Source: an uncultured Faecalibacterium sp. (GTDB lineage: Bacteria > Bacillota > Clostridia > Oscillospirales > Acutalibacteraceae). From it: a DNA stretch of 64,000 nucleotides. Below the pieces are notes generated by a model. That model searched no databases. It saw only the letters and a program-made list of their open reading frames with translations, and was not told the DNA's origin. The position numbers were made by a program, and so were the translations under genes. Shown piece after piece: positions 1-13,002 of this stretch; within the stretch, counting starts at the first letter, position 1; every line of letters starts with the position of its first letter. The DNA is taken from the NCBI GenBank assembly GCA_964616655.1, contig CAZTSC010000012.1, positions 211 through 64,210 of the forward strand. The letters run 5' to 3'.

Positions 1-3012
<3,012 letters not shown>

Positions 3013-3183
3013 TATTAACGGGGCAGCCAGACTGTCCCGTTAAATTTTACATTTTAAGTATCCTTAGTTGGATAAAGAAGAATGTTTTTACTTCCGATAT
3101 CAAAAAAGATATTTGTGATAACAATTTGTTCACAAATTGTTATCCGACTTGTTCTATAATAAAAGAAATATTTTGTAATTATC

Positions 3184-3888
3184 ATGGGGTTGATATATAT
3201 GGATAACGAGAACATTGAGAGAGTTAATGAAGATATGGCTGAAATGTCCGAAGCGAGATCATCTCAAACGCAGGAAGATAATAAAACACAGGCTAAATCT
3301 GAAGAAAAGAAAACTTTCAGAGAAAAAGCGGTCACAAATATATATGATTTTGCTTCCGTAATGGTTGCCGCAATGGTCACAATAGCTATTATATTTACGT
3401 TTGTGTTTAGGTTTGTCGGTGTTGTCGGATCATCAATGGTTCCGACTTTATATAATGGTCAATGGCTGATAGTTTCGGCTTTTGATTCAAAGCCCGAATA
3501 TGGACAGGTTGTTATAGTCACACAGCCAAATGCGTTCAATGAGCCAATAGTTAAACGTATCATAGCAACAGGCGGTCAAACAATCAATATTGATTTTTCA
3601 AACGGTGATGTCACCGTTGACGGAAAACTTTTAGATGAGCCTTATATTGCAGCTCCGACAATAACTGCGTCTGATTGGGAATATCCTCTTGAGATTCCGG
3701 AGGGATATGTTTTTGTCATGGGAGACAATCGCCAAAATTCGACTGACAGCCGAAGCAATGCGGTCGGTCTTATTAAAGAAGAATATATCCTCGGTGTTGT
3801 CAAATATAAGGTGCTTGAAACGATTGAAACAGGTAACGGTGGAAAAAAGACACAATTGATTTCACCGTCAGAATGGAAAGTCAGCTAA
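3184..3888 (+). CDS. lepB: Signal peptidase I
   Basis: SPase I boxes GSSMVPTL and [11 protein letters not shown]; one N-terminal TM segment. An alternative ATG lies at 3199. Confidence 0.85.
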   Translation: MGLIYMDNENIERVNEDMAEMSEARSSQTQEDNKTQAKSEEKKTFREKAVTNIYDFASVMVAAMVTIAIIFTFVFRFVGVVGSSMVPTLYNGQWLIVSAFDSKPEYGQVVIVTQPNAFNEPIVKRIIATGGQTINIDFSNGDVTVDGKLLDEPYIAAPTITASDWEYPLEIPEGYVFVMGDNRQNSTDSRSNAVGLIKEEYILGVVKYKVLETIETGNGGKKTQLISPSEWKVS

Positions 3889-3917
3889 TAGTACCGCCGA
3901 TAAAAGTGAATAAAAAA

Positions 3918-3975
3918 CTCCTTTCAAGCGAAAAGAAAGTGTGAAACTTCAGCTTGAAAGGAGCATTTTTATTTA
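3918..3975. terminator. Bidirectional rho-independent terminator between convergent lepB and the hydrolase gene
   Basis: Perfect 12-bp stem ctcctttcaagc (3918-3929) / gcttgaaaggag (3952-3963), with an A-run upstream and a T-run downstream. Confidence 0.75.
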
Positions 3976-3982
3976 TATTCAG

Positions 3983-4936
3983 TTAGCTTTTTACGTCAGA
4001 TTTAACGTGCTTTTCAAGGAACTTATCAACTCTGTTCCAATATTCTTCATGGAACCAATGCGAAGAAACAGCGTGTTCAGCACCGTGAATGACATATTTT
4101 TCTTTCTCCGCTGCACAGGCATTATAAACTTTGTCAAGATTTTCAAATAAAACGAAATCATCTTTGTCACCGTGCATGAAAAGTGTCGGAGTCTTTGACT
4201 TTTCAAGTTGTTTCACCGCAGAGCCTTGCTTAAATCTGAAACCGTTTACCAAGAAGTTGACTAAACTTGCCGGAGGCATTGAAATGGCAGGAGGAATGTG
4301 ATACTTTCTTCTCGACTGATCCTCAAATATATCATATACACCGCAAAAACCGCAATCCTCTATTGCACAAACAACATTTGTCGGAAGGTTTTCGCCCGTT
4401 GTCATCATTGTTGTTGCAGCACCCATTGAAACACCGTGAATGACTATCTGAGCATTTGGATGATTTTTAACGATATAGTTTATCCAATCAACAATATCGA
4501 GTCTGTCAAGCCAACCCATTGAAACCCATTTTGTTTCACTGTTGCCGTGACCTCTGAGGTCGGGGAGTATAACACTGTAACCGCGGTTATAGTATTCCAT
4601 CGCATAGCTTGACATTTCACGGTTAATATTAGTCCAGCCATGAATAACGATAGCCCACTTTTCGCTGTCACCCTCAAAGTATTGACCGTGGAGATGTTTG
4701 CCTTTTTCATGAGATGAAATCAAAAGTTCTTCGTGTTCGGTTTCATCAAACCATTTGTAGCCGTTGATAAGATTAATGTTGTCGGCATTTCTTTCAAAAA
4801 GCGAGCCTTTGCATGGCACTTTCGGATCTTCTCTTTTCTTCGGGCCGAGAGCAAAATAGAAAAACGCAACTCCGAGCAAGAGATCAAGAAGCAACAAGAT
4901 CGCCGCAATGATAAGAACGATGATTAAAAATTTCAT
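3983..4936 (-). CDS. Alpha/beta hydrolase with an N-terminal membrane anchor
   Basis: Nucleophile elbow HGVSMGA (GxSxG), an HG oxyanion motif (VIHGW) and a hydrophobic N-terminus. Confidence 0.75.
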   Translation of the reverse strand: MKFLIIVLIIAAILLLLDLLLGVAFFYFALGPKKREDPKVPCKGSLFERNADNINLINGYKWFDETEHEELLISSHEKGKHLHGQYFEGDSEKWAIVIHGWTNINREMSSYAMEYYNRGYSVILPDLRGHGNSETKWVSMGWLDRLDIVDWINYIVKNHPNAQIVIHGVSMGAATTMMTTGENLPTNVVCAIEDCGFCGVYDIFEDQSRRKYHIPPAISMPPASLVNFLVNGFRFKQGSAVKQLEKSKTPTLFMHGDKDDFVLFENLDKVYNACAAEKEKYVIHGAEHAVSSHWFHEEYWNRVDKFLEKHVKSDVKS

Positions 4937-5115
4937 GAATAATTTTCCTCCTGATATGTAGTTTAAGTTTATTATACATCATCGCCAAGTTAAAATCAAT
5001 ATTCTTGCTCTTTACTTTTACAATAGAATGTGTTAAAATATTAAAGCTTTCAAAAGCAATATAAAACCAAACAGAAGAAAACAGAAATTAAAAAAGGTAA
5101 ATCGGAGGACTTATA

Positions 5116-5409
5116 ATGAGCAACCTAAATGATGAAAATTTGAATTTTTTGTACGAGACAATTTTGCTTCTTCAAACTAAAGAAGAAGTCGAAAAATACT
5201 TTTCCGATCTCTGTACAATACCTGAACTCAAAGTTATTTCTCAAAGGGCAGTTGTAGCTAAAATGCTTGACGGAAAGAGCAATTATCAGGATATAGTTGA
5301 AAAAACCGGTGCTTCAACGGCAACTATAAGCCGTGTAAACAGATCGTTGCAATATGGTGCCGGTGGGTACGAGATAATATTCTCACGTCTCGATTCAAAC
5401 GAAGAATAA
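5116..5409 (+). CDS. YerC/YecD family TrpR-like protein
   Basis: 97 aa. The ...GASTATISRVNRSLQYGAGGYE... segment is typical of the YerC/YecD TrpR-related family. Confidence 0.7.
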   Translation: MSNLNDENLNFLYETILLLQTKEEVEKYFSDLCTIPELKVISQRAVVAKMLDGKSNYQDIVEKTGASTATISRVNRSLQYGAGGYEIIFSRLDSNEE

Positions 5410-5420
5410 GAGGTAATTAT

Positions 5421-6230
5421 ATGGCAGCTTACGGCAACCTTGCTGCTTTTTATGACAAGCTGACCGATAACGCTGAATATGCAAGACGATGTGACTATAT
5501 AACGGATCTCCTCTCTGAAAACGGTGTCAGTGAGGGGATTTTGCTTGACCTTGCTTGCGGAACTGGAAATCTCAGTGAACTTTTCGCTGAAAAGGGTTTT
5601 GACGTTATCGGTGTTGACATTTCACCTGAAATGCTCAGTCTTGCTATGGAAAAAAGCTACGATAAGGAACTTAACATACTTTATCTTTGCCAGAACATGG
5701 CTGAACTTGATCTTTACGGAACAATTAATTGTGCCGTGTGTATGCTTGACAGCATCAATCATGTAACGGATTCGGAAAGCGTCAGAAAAGCCATTAAGAA
5801 GGTCGGACTTTTCATGGAAAAGGGCGGTGTGTTTATCTTTGATGTCAACACACACTATAAACACCGTCAAGTGTTGGCAAATAACACGTTTGTCTATGAT
5901 TTAGATGACGTTTTCTGTGTCTGGCAAAACACGCTTGACGAAGAAACCGACCGTGTACATATAGATATCGACCTTTTTTCACCGGATGAAAGCGGAAAAT
6001 ATGACCGCTTGGAAGAAAGCTTTGACGAAGTGATATATGACCGTGAACAGCTTGAAAAATGGTTGAAAAAGTATGGCTTTGAAACGGTCGGAGTCTATGA
6101 AGAATTTACGAAAGAAAATGTAAAGTCGGACACACAAAGAGCTGTCTACGTTTGTCGAAAAGTAAAGCAGACAAACGGTTTTTTCAAGGGCATTTTGAAC
6201 AGCTTAAAAGATAGAAATTCCGAATTTTAA
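5421..6230 (+). CDS. Class I SAM-dependent methyltransferase
   Basis: Motif I LDLACGTGNLS and an acidic motif II (DVIGVD). Confidence 0.8.
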   Translation: MAAYGNLAAFYDKLTDNAEYARRCDYITDLLSENGVSEGILLDLACGTGNLSELFAEKGFDVIGVDISPEMLSLAMEKSYDKELNILYLCQNMAELDLYGTINCAVCMLDSINHVTDSESVRKAIKKVGLFMEKGGVFIFDVNTHYKHRQVLANNTFVYDLDDVFCVWQNTLDEETDRVHIDIDLFSPDESGKYDRLEESFDEVIYDREQLEKWLKKYGFETVGVYEEFTKENVKSDTQRAVYVCRKVKQTNGFFKGILNSLKDRNSEF

Positions 6231-6261
6231 ATTCAGATAAAACTTAAAGGGAGAGATAATA

Positions 6262-7143
6262 ATGAGCAAATCAGTCAGATGTATCTCGGTTGACGGAACA
6301 CTCACCGTCACAGCGATAGATTCAACAGATATAGTTGAAGAAATGAGACGTATCCACTCAACATCACCCGTCACAAGTGCCGCTTTGGGCAGACTTTTGA
6401 CGGCAGCAAGCATGATGGGTGCTGCACTCAAAAATGAGGATTGCAGTGTTACGCTGAGAATGAAAGGTGGTGGGTCTGCCGGAACTGTTATGGCTGTTTC
6501 CGACTGGCAGGGGAATGTCAGAGGCTATGTCCAAGATCCAACTGTTGAGTTGCCTTTGAATTCAAAAGGAAAGCTTGATGTCAGCGGTGCTGTCGGCACA
6601 GACGGTGAGCTGACCGTAATAAAGGATCTCGGAATGAAAGAGCCGTATATCGGACAAGTTCCGATAATTTCGGGTGAGATCGCCGAAGATATCACATCTT
6701 ACTTTTTCACAAGCGAACAGATACCCACAGTTTGTGCTTTGGGCGTGTTGGTTGACCGTGACAGAACGATAAAGGCGGCAGGAGGCTTTCTTATTCAGCT
6801 TTTGCCGACAGCTCTTGATGACACAATAACCGCTGTTGAAAGGTGCATAAAAGGCATAGAGCCTGTCACGACAATGCTCACGAACGGTATGACTCCAGAT
6901 GAAATCTGCCGACACGTTCTCAGAGAGTTTGAACTTGATGTTCTTGATGAGTCAAAGCCCGAATATCGCTGTACGTGTTCACGTCAGCGTGTGGAAAATG
7001 CTCTTATCGGAACGGGAATAGTGTCATTAGAGGAAATGGCGCAGGAAGAAAACACGGAAGTCTGCTGTCATTTCTGCAATAAAAAATATAATTTCAGCTC
7101 AAACGATATTAAGAAACTGATAAAGACAGCGACATCAAAATGA
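6262..7143 (+). CDS. hslO: Hsp33 redox-regulated chaperone
   Basis: Hsp33-like over the full length. C-terminal zinc centre CTCS...CCHFCNKKY (CxC...CxxC). Confidence 0.9.
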   Translation: MSKSVRCISVDGTLTVTAIDSTDIVEEMRRIHSTSPVTSAALGRLLTAASMMGAALKNEDCSVTLRMKGGGSAGTVMAVSDWQGNVRGYVQDPTVELPLNSKGKLDVSGAVGTDGELTVIKDLGMKEPYIGQVPIISGEIAEDITSYFFTSEQIPTVCALGVLVDRDRTIKAAGGFLIQLLPTALDDTITAVERCIKGIEPVTTMLTNGMTPDEICRHVLREFELDVLDESKPEYRCTCSRQRVENALIGTGIVSLEEMAQEENTEVCCHFCNKKYNFSSNDIKKLIKTATSK

Positions 7144-8120
7144 TAAAGATAAAATATCCACATTATTATAAACAGTTCCGCTGTATAGCGGATGCGTGTG
7201 AAAAGACTTGTTGTGCGGCATGGCAGGTTGTTATTGATGAAAGTGCGGAAAATCGTTATAAAAGCGAAAAATCGCCGATAGGCGACAAATTAAGAGAATG
7301 TATGTTTTTTGACGGAGAAGATAACGTTTTTCGTCTTAATGACGGAAGATGCCCTTTTCTGGATAGGAACAATCTTTGTGAGATATATTCATGTCTTGGG
7401 GAGCAGGCACTTTGCCGTACTTGTGAAAAATATCCGAGATTTGAAATAGACTTCGGCGGACGGAAAGAACTCGGACTTTCTGTTTCATGCCCGACAGCGG
7501 CAAGACTCATCTTGCTCTCCAATGTATTTCCGACATATTTTGCTGATGACGTGGATAGCTTACCTACACCTAATTCTACCGATCCGGAGCTATATTTTGC
7601 TGTGATGACAGCGAGAAATCATATATCCGAGATTGTCAGAGAGAGCCGCAATCTTGCAGCCGCTTTTGACGAGATCCTAAAATTCGCTGAGGAGTTTCAA
7701 AAGTTAATAGGTCAAAGTGATCTGCTTGAAAAGACAAAAGAGCTGACGAGAAAAACACTAAACCTGAAAGAATATGTGTATTCTTCGGATTATCTTGAAA
7801 CTTTGTTGCCGCTTGAACGGCTAGATCCGAATTTTAATAAACTTATAGCTTCATGTGGCAATTCACAACTTGATTTTTCCGTTCGTACTGATGAGTTGAA
7901 ACTGCTCTTTGAATATTATCTTTACAGATATTTTTCATCGGCTGTTTTTGACAGAAATGTCATTTTTCCAGTGAAGTTCGCAGTGTTCAGCGTTTGCTGC
8001 GTGTCTGCGCTTTTGCCCGACAATGCTGATGACAATGATATAATTAATAGTGTCGTTGCATATTCGAGAGAAGTTGAACATTCACAGAAAAATTTAGACA
8101 AATTGAAAAATATACTATAA
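7140..8120 (+). CDS. FliB-like Cys-rich protein (flagellin lysine-N-methylase family)
   Basis: N-terminal YYKQFRCIADACEKTCCAAWQV Cys cluster is typical of the FliB/YkgJ-like family. ATGA overlap with the hslO stop codon. Confidence 0.5.
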   Translation: MIKIKYPHYYKQFRCIADACEKTCCAAWQVVIDESAENRYKSEKSPIGDKLRECMFFDGEDNVFRLNDGRCPFLDRNNLCEIYSCLGEQALCRTCEKYPRFEIDFGGRKELGLSVSCPTAARLILLSNVFPTYFADDVDSLPTPNSTDPELYFAVMTARNHISEIVRESRNLAAAFDEILKFAEEFQKLIGQSDLLEKTKELTRKTLNLKEYVYSSDYLETLLPLERLDPNFNKLIASCGNSQLDFSVRTDELKLLFEYYLYRYFSSAVFDRNVIFPVKFAVFSVCCVSALLPDNADDNDIINSVVAYSREVEHSQKNLDKLKNIL

Positions 8121-8172
8121 GAACAATCAGAGATTTTCAGCTCAAATTACGTTTATATCTAAATTTACAAAT

Positions 8173-8204
8173 AAAACCGCCGGATCAGAATGACCGGCGG
8201 TTTT
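8173..8204. terminator. Bidirectional terminator between convergent genes
   Basis: aaaaccgccgg-atcagaatga-ccggcggtttt, a GC stem flanked by an A-run and a T-run. Confidence 0.8.
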
Positions 8205-8251
8205 ATCGCAATGTGAAAGAACTACATAAATGCTTGTCTTTAATCAGGGGT

Positions 8252-8277
8252 TGCGGCACACACATTCTTGCGTGTGA
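8252..8277 (+). repeat. Partial copy of the TTG(C)GGCAC repeat family
   Basis: TTGCGGCACACACATTCTTGCGTGTG shares its first ~16 nt with copy E (TTGCGGCACACATTC at 60781) and forms a CACAC/GTGTG hairpin. Confidence 0.4.
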
Positions 8278-8291
8278 TTTGTTTTATTAAC

Positions 8292-10052
8292 TTAATATGT
8301 AAGCTTAGAGTTTATATCTTTAAGCATATTTTCGTCAAGCTTTACAACCTCACGGTCATAAGTGAGCATTCCGTTAAGCTCAAACTCAACGTCACTGACC
8401 TGAGTGTAAACGGTTGCACAAAGACCTTTCTTAATAAGCGGAATGACCTGCTGTTCATGAAGTTTTCTGTAAGCGTTTGAAAGAGTTTCTTTATTCTTGA
8501 ATTTGAGATAAAGACCGAAAGTTTTGCCATCGTCCCAAACGTGACCGGGAACACCGTTTTGATATCCACCAAATTCGCTGATGACAAACGGTCTTTCATC
8601 AAGTCTCGGCATAATGATAGGCACAACGTATTTATGCATACTCTTAAAGTCAGGGCCTTTCTGATCATACCAACCGCTTGCGTGGTCAACAAATCTTGAG
8701 GGATCATATTCTTTTATTTCCGTTGCAATCCTCTTTGCATCGAACTGGCCCCAACCCTCGTTGAACGGAACCCAACAGCAGATAGAAGGAACATTATAAA
8801 GCTGATCCATGACTTCACGAAGTTCGGCTTCGTAGTTGTCTCTCCATTCTTTCTTTGCTCTTGAGAACTTTCTGTATTGTTTATCTCCCGTGTCTTTGAC
8901 ACCGATTCCGAGATTTGGATAAACACCGGCTAAGATATCGCCTATATATGCACCGCCGCTTATCATATCCTGCCAAACAAGCATACCAAGCTTGTCACAA
9001 TAGTAGTACCAGCGGTCACATTCAACTTTAATGTGCTTTCTGAGCATATTAAAGCCTAATTCTTTCATCTTTTCAATGTCGTACACCATAGCCTCATCAA
9101 CAGGGGGAGTGAGTATTCCGTCAGGCCAATAACCTTGATCGAGCAAACCTCTCTGGAAATAAGGATTGTTGTTAAGCATGAGTCTTGCGTGTCCGTCTTT
9201 GTCTTTACCAATGCTGAACTTACGCATACCGAAATAGCCTTTTACGCTGTCAACAACTGTGCCGTTTGAAGAAAGTTCGAGTACAAAGTCATAGAGGAAC
9301 GGACTTTCGGGACTCCAAAGTTTAGCATTGTTTACGTCAACTTTCGCATCGGCTGAGATTTTTTCCTCGGCAACAATTTTGTCACCGTCAAGAATTTTTA
9401 TTTTAAGTTCACCGGATCCGACAACGTCTGTCTTGAGATCAATCACACCCGCATCAATGTCGGGAACGAGTCTGTATCCTTTGATATAGTTTTCGCTGAC
9501 AGCCTCAAGCCAAACTGTTTTCCATATACCTGTTGTTGGGGTGTACCAAAAACCATGGCTAACGCTGTCCTGTTTTCCTCGGTTTTGCCAGCCCTTTTCG
9601 GTTGGATCATAAACCCAAACAACAAGCTCATTTTCACCGTCAATGAGTGCATCGGTTATATCATAGCTTATCCTGCAATATCCGCCGAAATGTTCACCCA
9701 TGAGTTTGCGGTTAATATAAACCTTTGACTGCCAATCGACAGAATCAAGATGAAGAATAACTCTCTTTCCTTTGAAAGAGTTGGGAATCGTGAAAACTTT
9801 TCTGTACCAAAGTCTGTCATTTTCCGTGATCTTTTTGCCGACACCGGAAAGTTCCGACTCGATAGAGAACGGAACAAGAATTTCACCGTCAACTTTGTCT
9901 ATCCATTTTGCGTTTTCGTCTGTTATTGCGTAATCAAATTTTCCATTAAGATTAAGCCAATTATCTCTGACCATTTGCGGTCTGGGATATTCGGGAAGCG
10001 GCATTGCACAAACAGCTTTTTCCGCCCATCTTGTCACAATATTGGTTCTCAT
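8292..10052 (-). CDS. Glycoside hydrolase family 2 protein, short form; specificity unknown
   Basis: N-terminus LPEYPRPQMVRDNWLNLNGKFDY, WVPFNEGWGQ (acid/base) and VISEFGG (nucleophile) fit the GH2 sugar-binding plus TIM-barrel layout. Confidence 0.8.
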   Translation of the reverse strand: MRTNIVTRWAEKAVCAMPLPEYPRPQMVRDNWLNLNGKFDYAITDENAKWIDKVDGEILVPFSIESELSGVGKKITENDRLWYRKVFTIPNSFKGKRVILHLDSVDWQSKVYINRKLMGEHFGGYCRISYDITDALIDGENELVVWVYDPTEKGWQNRGKQDSVSHGFWYTPTTGIWKTVWLEAVSENYIKGYRLVPDIDAGVIDLKTDVVGSGELKIKILDGDKIVAEEKISADAKVDVNNAKLWSPESPFLYDFVLELSSNGTVVDSVKGYFGMRKFSIGKDKDGHARLMLNNNPYFQRGLLDQGYWPDGILTPPVDEAMVYDIEKMKELGFNMLRKHIKVECDRWYYYCDKLGMLVWQDMISGGAYIGDILAGVYPNLGIGVKDTGDKQYRKFSRAKKEWRDNYEAELREVMDQLYNVPSICCWVPFNEGWGQFDAKRIATEIKEYDPSRFVDHASGWYDQKGPDFKSMHKYVVPIIMPRLDERPFVISEFGGYQNGVPGHVWDDGKTFGLYLKFKNKETLSNAYRKLHEQQVIPLIKKGLCATVYTQVSDVEFELNGMLTYDREVVKLDENMLKDINSKLTY

Positions 10053-10211
10053 ATTTTAACCTCCGTTAAATTTTGTCAGCCATATTTTATAACATATCGG
10101 TCATTTTGTCTAGTCTTTTGACGATTTTATGACTAAAATATAGTTGTTTTTGCTTTTATATGGGCGGAATGTTTGAAAATTAGAAAAAATACGCAGGTAT
10201 CATATTTGATA

Positions 10212-10240
10212 TTGACATTAGACTTTAAGAACTGTATAAT
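10212..10240 (+). promoter_or_regulatory. Sigma-70/SigA consensus promoter of the GH31 operon
   Basis: TTGACA (10212-10217), 17-nt spacer, TATAAT (10235-10240), with an extended -10 TG at 10233-10234. Confidence 0.75.
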
Positions 10241-10251
10241 ATAACTAATAA

Positions 10252-10272
10252 TTGATTAACACTGTTAATCAA
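10252..10272. promoter_or_regulatory. 21-bp perfect palindrome; candidate operator
   Basis: TTGATTAACA-C-TGTTAATCAA lies between the -10 box and the GGAGG RBS of the GH31 gene. Confidence 0.6.
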
Positions 10273-10286
10273 CTAAGGAGGTATAA

Positions 10287-12293
10287 GTGAAGATCATGAC
10301 CGATATGACTTTTAAAAACGGTAAACTTGCACTTTTGACAAACGGAAAAGAGTTTATAAGCTTTTCTTCAGGTGATGAATTTGTCTCTGTCGGAAAAGGT
10401 GAGAGCGACTATTCAATGAGTCACGGAAGCTTTAAAATCAAAGAGAAGATAATTTCAAAGGAAAAATTGTTTGTCGGAAGCATAACATATTCACCGAACA
10501 AGGCAATAGTTTCTCTTAATAAAGGTTGTTGCTGTATTGAAAGAACAGACAATAATATTTATCGCTTTTCTTTTGAGGGTTTAAACGGATATAACCGTAT
10601 GTGGTTCACTTTACCTGCTGAAAAAGAGGAGAGTGTCTATGGCTGCGGTGAGGTTTTCCCAAAATTTAACCTCAGAGGCGAAAAAGTTAACGCTTGGGTA
10701 GCTGAACACGTTAACGCTTTGCAGATTGCGAAAAAGCTTGTTAAAATGTGTTTAGGTCAATCGGATACGACTAAAAGACAGAAGTTTTCAAAATATGAGA
10801 CTTATTATGCACAGCCGACATTCATAAGTTCAAGAAAATATTTCTATCACAGTGAAACGACAGCGAGAACACAGTTTGATTTCAAAGACGAGAGTCATCA
10901 CACAATTCAAACTGACAGTGTATCAGCCTTTTATCTCGGCTTTGCCGATAATTTTGAAAACTTGATGTCGGATTTAACAACTCTTACCGGCAGACAGCCC
11001 GAACTTCCCGAATGGGTATATGACGGTGACATTTTAGGCGTTCAAGGCGGAACGGACATAATGATGCAAAAGGTCGAAACAGCTTTGAAAAGCGGTATAA
11101 ATGTTTCCGGTGTCTGGATTCAGGACTGGGAGGGTAGGCGAGTTACCGCAGTCGGAAAACAGCTATTTTGGAATTGGCAGTGGGACAGTGAGCATTACCC
11201 TCATCTTGACAAAAAAATAAAAGAGCTTAACTCGCAAGGTATTAAGGTGCTTGGTTATTGCAATCCGTTCCTTGCTGTTGAAAAGCCGCTTTATAAGATA
11301 GCCAGTGAAAAGGGCTATTGTGTCAAGAATAAAGACGGTGAGGATTATTATGTCACGATAACCACTTTTCCGGCGGCGATGGTCGATTTGACAAACCCCG
11401 ATGCGTACGAGTGGCTTAAGAATATAATTAAAAATAATATGGTCGAATTCGGACTTTCCGGCTGGATGGCAGATTTTGGAGAATATCTCCCGACCGATTG
11501 TGTACTTCACAGCGGAGAAGATCCCGAACTTGTCCATAACACATGGCCTGCTCTTTGGGCAAAACTCAATCGTGAAGTTTTAGAGGAAACCGATAACATC
11601 GGAAAGATCATGTTCTTCACAAGAGCCGGATTTACGGGTACACCTAAGTATTCAACTATGATGTGGAATGGCGATAACCATGTTGACTATTCGGTTGACT
11701 TCGGCTTACCGTCTGTCATTCCGGCTATGTTGTCTCTGACTTGCAGCGGATACGGAATTTCTCATTCGGATATCGGCGGATATACGACATTTATGAATCT
11801 TAAGAGAAGTGAAGAATTATATATGCGATGGTGCGAGATGAATGCTTTCTCTGTTCTTATGAGAGGACACGAAGGCTTGAATCCCGATCTTAACGCACAG
11901 TTTGATGCAAGTGAGCAGGTTTTAGCTCACGGAGCTAAAATGAGCGAGATACATAAAAAATTAGCACCTTATCTTAAGAGTGCTGTAAAATATAACGCCG
12001 AAACCGGTGTCGGTGTCGTTAGACCGCTATTCTTCTATTATGATGAAAGTGAAGCGTACAATGAAGGATATGAATATCTCTTGGGCAGAGACGTATTGGT
12101 TGCACCTGTCTTAAAGAGAAACGCAAAGAGCAGAAATGTTTATCTGCCCGATGACGAGTGGATACACATTGAAAGCGGACAGGTTTATTCAGGCGGCAGA
12201 TATGAGATATCTGCACCGCTTGGTGAAATTCCTGTTTTTGTCAGAAAAAAAGCACACAAAGAAGTGCTTGATATATTACTCAACTTATATTAA
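10287..12293 (+). CDS. GH31 glycosidase of the YihQ (sulfoquinovosidase) family
   Basis: GTG start 5 nt after AAGGAGG. Collinear with E. coli YihQ as I recall it: LTGRQPELPEWVYDG, GWMADFGEYLPTD, YSTMMWNGD, SHSDIGGYTT. Confidence 0.8.
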   Translation: MKIMTDMTFKNGKLALLTNGKEFISFSSGDEFVSVGKGESDYSMSHGSFKIKEKIISKEKLFVGSITYSPNKAIVSLNKGCCCIERTDNNIYRFSFEGLNGYNRMWFTLPAEKEESVYGCGEVFPKFNLRGEKVNAWVAEHVNALQIAKKLVKMCLGQSDTTKRQKFSKYETYYAQPTFISSRKYFYHSETTARTQFDFKDESHHTIQTDSVSAFYLGFADNFENLMSDLTTLTGRQPELPEWVYDGDILGVQGGTDIMMQKVETALKSGINVSGVWIQDWEGRRVTAVGKQLFWNWQWDSEHYPHLDKKIKELNSQGIKVLGYCNPFLAVEKPLYKIASEKGYCVKNKDGEDYYVTITTFPAAMVDLTNPDAYEWLKNIIKNNMVEFGLSGWMADFGEYLPTDCVLHSGEDPELVHNTWPALWAKLNREVLEETDNIGKIMFFTRAGFTGTPKYSTMMWNGDNHVDYSVDFGLPSVIPAMLSLTCSGYGISHSDIGGYTTFMNLKRSEELYMRWCEMNAFSVLMRGHEGLNPDLNAQFDASEQVLAHGAKMSEIHKKLAPYLKSAVKYNAETGVGVVRPLFFYYDESEAYNEGYEYLLGRDVLVAPVLKRNAKSRNVYLPDDEWIHIESGQVYSGGRYEISAPLGEIPVFVRKKAHKEVLDILLNLY

Positions 12294-12306
12294 GGAGGAT
12301 AAAGAA

Positions 12307-12993
12307 ATGAAATATTTTCTTGACAGTGCAAAGATTGATGAAATCAGAGAGGCATATGATACATTTGGTATTGACGGTATAACCACAAATCCAAACCATA
12401 TTATGAATTCGGGCAAGCCGTTTTTCACAGTTATAGAGGAACTTGCGGCTTTCGTTAAAGAGAAAGATATTGAGGGCTGGGACAGATTCCCGATATCGGT
12501 TGAAATAAATCCGCATCTCGATAATGCAGAGGAAATGGTCGAAATGGGCAAAAAGATAGCTTCAATGTGTCCAAACTTTGTTATCAAAATTCCCTGCACA
12601 GAGGCAGGCATAACAGCAGCAAGAAAGCTTGAAAAGGCTGGAGTCAGAACAAATCTCACTCTTGTTTTCTCTGCTACGCAGGCACTTATTGCGGCAAAGA
12701 ACAGCTCACTTTTCGTTTCGCCGTTTATCGGTTGGAAAGAAAACAGCGGTGAAGATTGCAAGCAGTATATTAAAGACATTGTCGATATTTATGCAAATTA
12801 CGGATATCTCGGTGAAACGGAGATAATTTGTGCCGCAGTCAGAACAGGAAAGCAGATCGTTGATTGTGCAGTTGCCGGTGCGGATATCGTTACAGCAGGG
12901 CTTCAGGTGTATAAGGATAGTTTCTATCATCCGTTCACCGATTACGGACTTGAAAAGTTCCAATCGGCATGGGATAACACCGTCACAGAATAA
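12307..12993 (+). CDS. Transaldolase / fructose-6-phosphate aldolase family protein; candidate 6-deoxy-6-sulfofructose transaldolase
   Basis: The real start is the ATG at 12307, after GGAGG; the ORF-track start at 12136 lies inside the upstream gene. 228 aa with MKYFLDSA...GITTNPNHI and the Schiff-base Lys context FVIKIPCT. Confidence 0.8.
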   Translation: MKYFLDSAKIDEIREAYDTFGIDGITTNPNHIMNSGKPFFTVIEELAAFVKEKDIEGWDRFPISVEINPHLDNAEEMVEMGKKIASMCPNFVIKIPCTEAGITAARKLEKAGVRTNLTLVFSATQALIAAKNSSLFVSPFIGWKENSGEDCKQYIKDIVDIYANYGYLGETEIICAAVRTGKQIVDCAVAGADIVTAGLQVYKDSFYHPFTDYGLEKFQSAWDNTVTE

Positions 12994-13002
12994 GGAGAGA
13001 AT

